Shown here in pieces: positions 59,074 to 64,000 of a DNA stretch of 64,000 nt. Source of the stretch: Bryobacterales bacterium (GTDB lineage: Bacteria > Acidobacteriota > Terriglobia > Bryobacterales > UBA6623). Location: the NCBI GenBank assembly GCA_963422305.1, contig OY729422.1:2792436-2856435 (forward strand), in the 5' to 3' direction. Both the position numbers and the translations under genes were made by a program. The notes beneath the pieces were generated by a model. It was not told the origin of the DNA and ran no database searches. It worked only from the letters and a program-made list of their open reading frames with translations. Position 1 is the stretch's first letter; the number at the start of each line of letters is the position of its first letter.

Positions 59074-59557
59074 CCGCCACTACAACGCTTGCTCGACCAG
59101 CGCCGCGAGATCGTCCGATTCGTCGCTTTGAAACTCGATTTCGAGCGCATGGGGCGGTTGCGCAAGATCGCTGCCGGTCGTTGATACGGATACTGCGCCG
59201 GCCGTTGCGGCCGCCCGTGAGCGTTTTGAAACGATTGCCGGGCGAATGCCGAGCCGAGCGCTGCTGTTGTTGTCGACGTCCGCAGCGAAGAAGGATGCGG
59301 TATAATAGCAGCAGTCTCAAGGGAACAAGCCGTGTATTCGCTCGACACGCATCGTCGATGCTGGCCTATCGGCCCGGTAGCCATTCGAGGATGGATTGAA
59401 AACAGCCTTCTTTTCAACGGCTTACCAGTCTTTCTGTTCTTCGACCTCCGCTATCTGAACCGAGACCGCGTTGCAGGTTCAGGACACGACCTTACCGGGA
59501 TTTGGTCTCCATCCGCAAGCAGAAGCAGCCTCTTTCCATTAGCAACGTCGCGCTTCC

Positions 59558-59604
59558 CCCTGTCCGACGAATTGGTGTAAAATACACCAATTCGTCGGAC
59601 AGGG
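59558..59604. promoter_or_regulatory. Perfect 47-bp palindrome (22-bp arms, AAA centre) 11 nt upstream of the RHH gene; operator and/or SD-sequestering hairpin
   Basis: CCCTGTCCGACGAATTGGTGTA-AAA-TACACCAATTCGTCGGACAGGG read directly. The 3' end of the right arm (CAGGGA) is the only SD-like element before ATG 59616. Confidence 0.7.
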
Positions 59605-59615
59605 ATTCGATACCC

Positions 59616-59852
59616 ATGGGTCGTCCAAGGCAACACAAGCAGACCGCTCGGCTGAGCGTCAGCTTCGAAAAGGTCGATTATGACCGCGTGACCGCGATTG
59701 CCGAAGCCAACGATGTCTCTACAGCGTGGATCATCCGAAAGGCCGTAACCGCCTATTTGGATACTTTTGGACATTCCGCCCTTCCCATTGGTGCGCAGCG
59801 CGAGCAGCAGCAAGTAGGCGCACTGGCGACTGATGAAAGGCAGATCCGGTGA
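59616..59852 (+). CDS. Ribbon-helix-helix (CopG/Arc-like) DNA-binding protein, putative controller of the R-M operon
   Basis: 78 aa. MGRPRQHKQTARLSVSFEKVDYDRVTAIAEANDVSTAWIIRKAVTAYL has the beta-strand/helix/helix RHH pattern. The stop overlaps the nuclease GTG start (GTGA). Confidence 0.7.
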   Translation: MGRPRQHKQTARLSVSFEKVDYDRVTAIAEANDVSTAWIIRKAVTAYLDTFGHSALPIGAQREQQQVGALATDERQIR

Positions 59853-61216
59853 GCAAAAAAAGTGATCTTCCCTTCGGCAGCGAGTTCTCACCCTCGCAGA
59901 TCGCACTTCCAAAGGTATTGGAGTTTGCGGCTCTTCATGGCGGCAACTGGCGCGCCTTTGAGGAAACCGTACGAGAAGCCTATTTCGAGGGACACAAGAC
60001 CAGCGCCTACAACCGCGCAAAACTCGCCAACAATACTAAACTGGGAATGATCGCCTACGGGATCATTGACCGGGATGCGACGCTGACCCCGTTGGGCCAA
60101 GATCTCTACGATCTACGCAATGACGAAAATGTGTTGCATGACCGATTGGCCCGGCACATTCTTCTAAACCTTCGTGGAATGACCCTCGTCCAGTGTATTC
60201 GCGATATGGTGGCGGCTGGCGAACAAGTAAATCTCACCACCCTTCGAGAGGGCCTCGCAGCACGGGGCATTCACTACCCATCCGGAGGCAAACACCCCAG
60301 CATGATGCGCCTATGGCTCGCCAAAGCCGAAGTCTTTATCGGCAGCCGGTGGCAAGTCAATGAACGCAGAATTGAAGAAATCCTCGGCATTGACCCGGAC
60401 GAATTCGCGGTCCTGGGCGACTTTACCGTCGAGCAAAGAGCCTTCCTGAAAGCTCTAGCGAACATGGGGACCGACGAACCCCAACTCGCCAATGCGGTGG
60501 CCAAGCTCGCTACAGCGACCTATGGCGTGAAGTTTCCAGAAAAGAGCCTGCCGAAGCTGGTCCTCAACGATTTGGAGAGGGCAGGATACATCACAACAGA
60601 GAAGACCACGACTGGACGAGGGGCTAAGCCCTTTCAAGTGTTTCCCACCAACAAGCTGATCGCCGATGTAGTTGAACCACTCCTTGAGCAGCTTCGAGGG
60701 CAGACCGATCCAAAGCTGTTGGCGTTATTGCGAACGCCGCTCTCCGCGATCTTGAGGGAGATGAAAGGCAAGGATCGCTATAGGGCAGGGCTTGCCCTTG
60801 AAGCGTTGGCCTTCAAGATCATGCGCCTCCTTGACATGACCTACGTTGCGACTCGATTGCGCGCGAACCAGACAGGCGGCGCAGAAGTCGATCTGATCTT
60901 TGAGAGCGCCCGCCTAGTGTTCTTCCGTTGGCAGATTCAGTGCAAGAACACAGCTCGTGTTTCTCTAGACGATGTTGCAAAGGAAGTGGGCCTTACCCAT
61001 TTCCTGAAGAGTAACGTGATTGTCATAGTGACAACAGGAGAAATCAGCAGCCAGGCCCGACGATACGCTAACAAGATTATGGCTGATTCAAACCTTGCAA
61101 TCGTCATTCTGGACGGTGGAGACCTGATCGCAATAAGTGAACAACCAGCGGAAATATTGCGGGCATTCGAACGTGAAGCACGCCACGCGATGAACCTAAA
61201 GAAGCTTGATCTCTAA
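59849..61216 (+). CDS. Restriction endonuclease with C-terminal Mrr-like PD-(D/E)xK catalytic domain
   Basis: 455 aa. C-terminus GLALEALAFKIMRLLDM...GGAEVDLIFE...RWQIQCKNT...VIVIVTTGEISSQARRYA...IVILDGGDL matches the Mrr_cat pattern (D...QxK). The N-terminal roughly 330 aa are helical/wHTH-like and likely bind DNA. Confidence 0.75.
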   Translation: MSKKSDLPFGSEFSPSQIALPKVLEFAALHGGNWRAFEETVREAYFEGHKTSAYNRAKLANNTKLGMIAYGIIDRDATLTPLGQDLYDLRNDENVLHDRLARHILLNLRGMTLVQCIRDMVAAGEQVNLTTLREGLAARGIHYPSGGKHPSMMRLWLAKAEVFIGSRWQVNERRIEEILGIDPDEFAVLGDFTVEQRAFLKALANMGTDEPQLANAVAKLATATYGVKFPEKSLPKLVLNDLERAGYITTEKTTTGRGAKPFQVFPTNKLIADVVEPLLEQLRGQTDPKLLALLRTPLSAILREMKGKDRYRAGLALEALAFKIMRLLDMTYVATRLRANQTGGAEVDLIFESARLVFFRWQIQCKNTARVSLDDVAKEVGLTHFLKSNVIVIVTTGEISSQARRYANKIMADSNLAIVILDGGDLIAISEQPAEILRAFEREARHAMNLKKLDL

Positions 61217-61232
61217 TGGGGGAGGCTAGACG

Positions 61233-62285
61233 ATGACAACCAGCAAGCCTCCGAGTGTAGTCCACAGAACGTCTCTCGGTCGCATCTACCACGGCGATAG
61301 TTTAGAGGTAATGAAGGCTACAAAGCCAGCATCAATCGCTCTAGTTATGACGAGCCCACCGTTCGCATTAACTCGCAAGAAGGACTACGGAAACGAGCAA
61401 GAAGATGATTATCTCGAATGGTTTCGCCGCTTCGCGGAGCAGTTTCGTCGCATCTTGAAGGATGACGGAAGCGTTGTGATCGATCTAGGCGGCGCATGGA
61501 AACCCGGAATACCGGTGCGTAGCCTTTATCACTTCAAGCTACTAATCATGCTTTGCGAAGAATACGATTTTCATCTGGCACAGGAATTCTATTGGTGGAA
61601 TCCCTCTAAGCTCCCCACGCCTGCTGAGTGGGTCAATGTACGGAGAATTCGGGTAAAGGATGGTGTCAACACCGTTTGGTGGTTGTCCAAGACACCATGG
61701 CCGCGCGCCAGTAATCGACGAGTCTTGCAGCCATACAGTGACAGCATGAAGACCTTGTTGAGCAACGGCTATAAGCCAATGCTACGCCCATCGGGGCACG
61801 ACATCAGCGATAAGTTCTCCATCAACAATGGTGCCGCGATCCCACCGAACCTTATCGCGATTCCAAACACAGAGAGCAACAGCAGTTATTTGCGTTACTG
61901 CAAGGAGATTGGGATCAAGGCTCATCCTGCACGTTTCCCAGCCGCATTGCCGGAGTATTTTGTCAGGATGGTGACGGATCCGGGAGATTTGGTTCTGGAT
62001 CCCTTTGCTGGAAGCTGCGTCACGGGCGAAGTCGCCGAACGACTTGGGCGGAAGTGGGTATGTGTAGAAATTGTCGAGTCATATCTGCGCGGTGCTAAGG
62101 GAAGGTTTGGACAGATAGTGGACGCACCGAAACCGAAGAATCCGAAGAATCCGAAGAAGGATGCTGACGGTTACTATCGCATTCCCCATCCCGGGTTGCT
62201 TTGGAATGGACGTGCGGAAGATGACGAAGAACCGCTTCCCAAGGATGGCGGTAGACGGCGCACCACGGCGGCGAATCTGCCGTAG
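61233..62285 (+). CDS. Beta-class amino DNA methyltransferase (N4-cytosine/N6-adenine family; SPPF motif suggests N4-cytosine)
   Basis: 350 aa. Motif IV LVMTSPPFAL. HPARFPAALPEYFV. Motif I VLDPFAGSCVTGEVAERLGRKWVCVEI. Basic repetitive tail KPKNPKNPKK. Confidence 0.9.
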   Translation: MTTSKPPSVVHRTSLGRIYHGDSLEVMKATKPASIALVMTSPPFALTRKKDYGNEQEDDYLEWFRRFAEQFRRILKDDGSVVIDLGGAWKPGIPVRSLYHFKLLIMLCEEYDFHLAQEFYWWNPSKLPTPAEWVNVRRIRVKDGVNTVWWLSKTPWPRASNRRVLQPYSDSMKTLLSNGYKPMLRPSGHDISDKFSINNGAAIPPNLIAIPNTESNSSYLRYCKEIGIKAHPARFPAALPEYFVRMVTDPGDLVLDPFAGSCVTGEVAERLGRKWVCVEIVESYLRGAKGRFGQIVDAPKPKNPKNPKKDADGYYRIPHPGLLWNGRAEDDEEPLPKDGGRRRTTAANLP

Positions 62286-62327
62286 CACCGTCGCCATCGG
62301 TGCAGACTTTCGAGTGAGGGAAGCGGT

Positions 62328-63221
62328 TTAGCGGCAAAGCTTGCGCTGAATTGCCGCCGCCACCCGCTCGGCGGCTTGGCTCAGCGTCGCATCGTCAAGA
62401 TGGACGTAGCGGTTTGTCGTGGTAGCCCGGCGATGCCCGAGCAGGCGTCCGGCGACATGCAGGCTCTCGCCGTTCATGACCGCGTGCGAGGCGTGCGCAT
62501 GGCGCAGGTCATGCAGTCGCGTATCCGCCACAATTCCGGCCGCGTCGCGCGCCTTGATCCAGAACCTCCGCAGGTCATCTGTACTCAAAGGCCCGTTTCC
62601 CTTGTCGCACGGAAACACCCACTCGCCGGATGCTGTATTGGCCAGCCTGTCCAGCAGATCCCGCGCCGCCTCTCCGAGCAGAACGTGCCTCGGGCCGGTC
62701 TTCGCGTCAATCAGCGCGAGCCGGTCGGGCTTGACCTCGCACCGGCGCAGGCAGCGAATCTCGCCCGGCCTGCATCCGGTCAGCAGGAGCAGCCGCACCG
62801 CCGCGACGCAAACCGGGTTCTCGTCTTCGCTCTGGCGCAGGACCGCGCCGAGCCTCGCAAGGTCGTCCGCCCCGAGCAGCCGCCCGCGCGGCGGTCGCCG
62901 GTAGCGGACAATGCCGATGCACGGGTTCCCCGCAGCTTCGGGCCGATGGCCCCACGCGATGGCGCAGTCGAACATGTTGCGCAGTATGTCATGACTTCGA
63001 TTCGCGCCGCCCGGCTTTCTGCGTCCGTATTCGTGGAAGAAGCGGGCAATATTGGCGCGCACGACCGAGCCGACGCGGAGATGGCCGAGAGCGGGCAGGA
63101 TGGCGCTGTTGAGATAGCTCATGGTGGCCTTCACCGTGGACGGCTTCCACGAAGGCGAGCGCCGCTCGACGTATTCGGCGGCGAACTTCGTCAGCGTCGG
63201 GCCGGAAGCGGGAAGCGGCAC
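62328..63221 (-). CDS. Tyrosine recombinase / phage-type integrase (core-binding and catalytic domains)
   Basis: 297-aa ORF (GTG start). LLLLTGCRPGEI (Arg), HDLRHAHASH (HxxR) and LGHRRATTTNRYVH (His...Tyr). Confidence 0.85.
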   Translation of the reverse strand: MPLPASGPTLTKFAAEYVERRSPSWKPSTVKATMSYLNSAILPALGHLRVGSVVRANIARFFHEYGRRKPGGANRSHDILRNMFDCAIAWGHRPEAAGNPCIGIVRYRRPPRGRLLGADDLARLGAVLRQSEDENPVCVAAVRLLLLTGCRPGEIRCLRRCEVKPDRLALIDAKTGPRHVLLGEAARDLLDRLANTASGEWVFPCDKGNGPLSTDDLRRFWIKARDAAGIVADTRLHDLRHAHASHAVMNGESLHVAGRLLGHRRATTTNRYVHLDDATLSQAAERVAAAIQRKLCR

Positions 63222-63372
63222 CGGACTCCCGCCGCCTCCATGTCCTGCGCCCGTTCGGTCGCGCCCGCAGTCCGAGCCCCGGCACCGCGCTGTCCCACAG
63301 CACGGCCTCGCGACCGTCCTCAGCGGTGAGGGCGCGAGCGCCCACCATGGTGATCTTCGTTCTGTTCGTCAT
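63222..63372 (-). pseudogene. Out-of-frame N-terminal (DUF4102/arm-binding-like) fragment of the same integrase
   Basis: ORF 62989-63372 begins MTNRTKITMVGARALTAEDGREAVLWDSAVPGLGLRARPNGRRTW, the usual N-terminus of P4-type integrases. It then leaves the integrase frame. Only about 12 codons separate it from the PTLTKFAAEYVERR block, where roughly 40-50 are expected. Confidence 0.5.
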
Positions 63373-63531
63373 CTTCCGATCCCTCCCGTTCGTTTACGTC
63401 GCGACCGGCGCGGCGCAGGTGCCCATAGTTGGGGAACACCCAGGACACGCCGGGTAACGAAGCCGGGTTCGAAGATCGGAAGGGTCGGAAGTGCCGCGCT
63501 CAAACGCCGCGCGGGCTGCAAGCCGTTGTCA

Positions 63532-63900
63532 ATGAAGGGCTTTCGGCGCTTCGCGGATGCGCGGAGGAAGTGCGATTCTCTACGCCATGCGGCGGTTTGG
63601 TTCTCACACCACACTCATGCCGCCGTTCGCGACCTGGAGGCGGCCGGCCTCGAGCTGCAGCACGCCGAGGCCATTGTTGCGGCCGTCAGCCGCGCTGACG
63701 AGCAACTTGCTACGAAGGTTGATGTCGCGGCGGTTGAAACCGGCGTGGCGGCGCTCCGGAGCGATATGGTAATGGTCAAGGCCGATATTGCGTGGCTTAA
63801 AGCCGATGCCGCGGCGCGGCGTTCCGAGGTCCGCTGGATGTTCGGTTTCCAGTCGGCGATCATTCTGGCCATAGCCGCACGGCTGTTCGTTCTCGTGTGA
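63532..63900 (+). CDS. DUF1640-like coiled-coil protein with C-terminal membrane anchor
   Basis: Last 122 codons of ORF 63121-63900. AVRDLEAAGLELQHAEAIVAAV...LATKVDVAAVETGVAALRSDM...MFGFQSAIILAIAARLFVLV resembles DUF1640 family proteins. The start codon is uncertain. Confidence 0.5.
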   Translation: MKGFRRFADARRKCDSLRHAAVWFSHHTHAAVRDLEAAGLELQHAEAIVAAVSRADEQLATKVDVAAVETGVAALRSDMVMVKADIAWLKADAAARRSEVRWMFGFQSAIILAIAARLFVLV

Positions 63901-64000
63901 GACTCAGGCCGGTTATTTGCCATAGATAAGCGCGGCATGGCGAACAGCAGCCGCTGCGGGTTGCTGTTCGGCGCGCGGCGAGATGACGGGCGCCGGCCGC

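Larger units (their letters stand above)
53644..63372. mobile_element. Putative integrated genomic (defence) island between tRNA-Arg and a tyrosine integrase; boundaries not resolved
   Basis: tRNA on one flank and a phage-type integrase on the other. Seven co-directional accessory genes (MTases, nuclease, sigma factor, small ORFs). Visibly more A/T-rich codons from about 57.5 to 62.3 kb than the rest of the window. No att direct repeat found by eye. Confidence 0.5.

Noticed and set aside
63121-63900. 259-aa ORF treated as one gene.
   Set aside because: The 5' part overlaps the integrase locus antisense. Only the C-terminal DUF1640-like portion (from about 63532) looks like a protein.

Overview
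High-GC bacterial chromosomal window. The gene content looks like Acidobacteria or Planctomycetes: a CarboxypepD_reg-type TonB-dependent receptor, an acidobacterial-type vWA protein, many sulfatases, and PSCyt/DUF1553 plus DUF1501 pairs. About 53 kb is densely packed core or niche-adaptation genes. These include three copies of a sulfatase + PSCyt/DUF1549/DUF1553 + DUF1501 module, and a TonB-receptor operon facing an IclR regulator with a perfect 28-bp palindrome between them. There is also a sugar-acid-type enzyme cluster in which most enzymes carry twin-arginine leaders, a cytochrome c + Tat-TPP enzyme cluster, a MoxR-DUF58-BatD-like operon, dnaB, ctaA, udk, an ABC-F ATPase and rfbD. From tRNA-Arg(CCG) at 53.57 kb to a tyrosine integrase at 62.3-63.4 kb lies an accessory island of seven co-directional genes. 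(i) A solitary 1209-aa PglX/type IIG-like adenine methyltransferase is followed by a tiny proline-rich ORF, a 2-TM SLATT-like protein and an ECF sigma factor with no anti-sigma factor. I consider this the best candidate for an undescribed defence module. (ii) A lower-GC restriction-modification operon (RHH regulator, Mrr-like nuclease, SPPF-type methyltransferase) is preceded by a perfect 47-bp palindrome. Two decayed DNA methyltransferase genes lie elsewhere: a C5-MTase with TGG->TAG and PCQ->LCQ, and a frameshifted DGPYG-motif MTase next to dnaB. No CRISPR array, rRNA or transposase was seen. All functional calls come from motif recognition by eye; no database search was possible.
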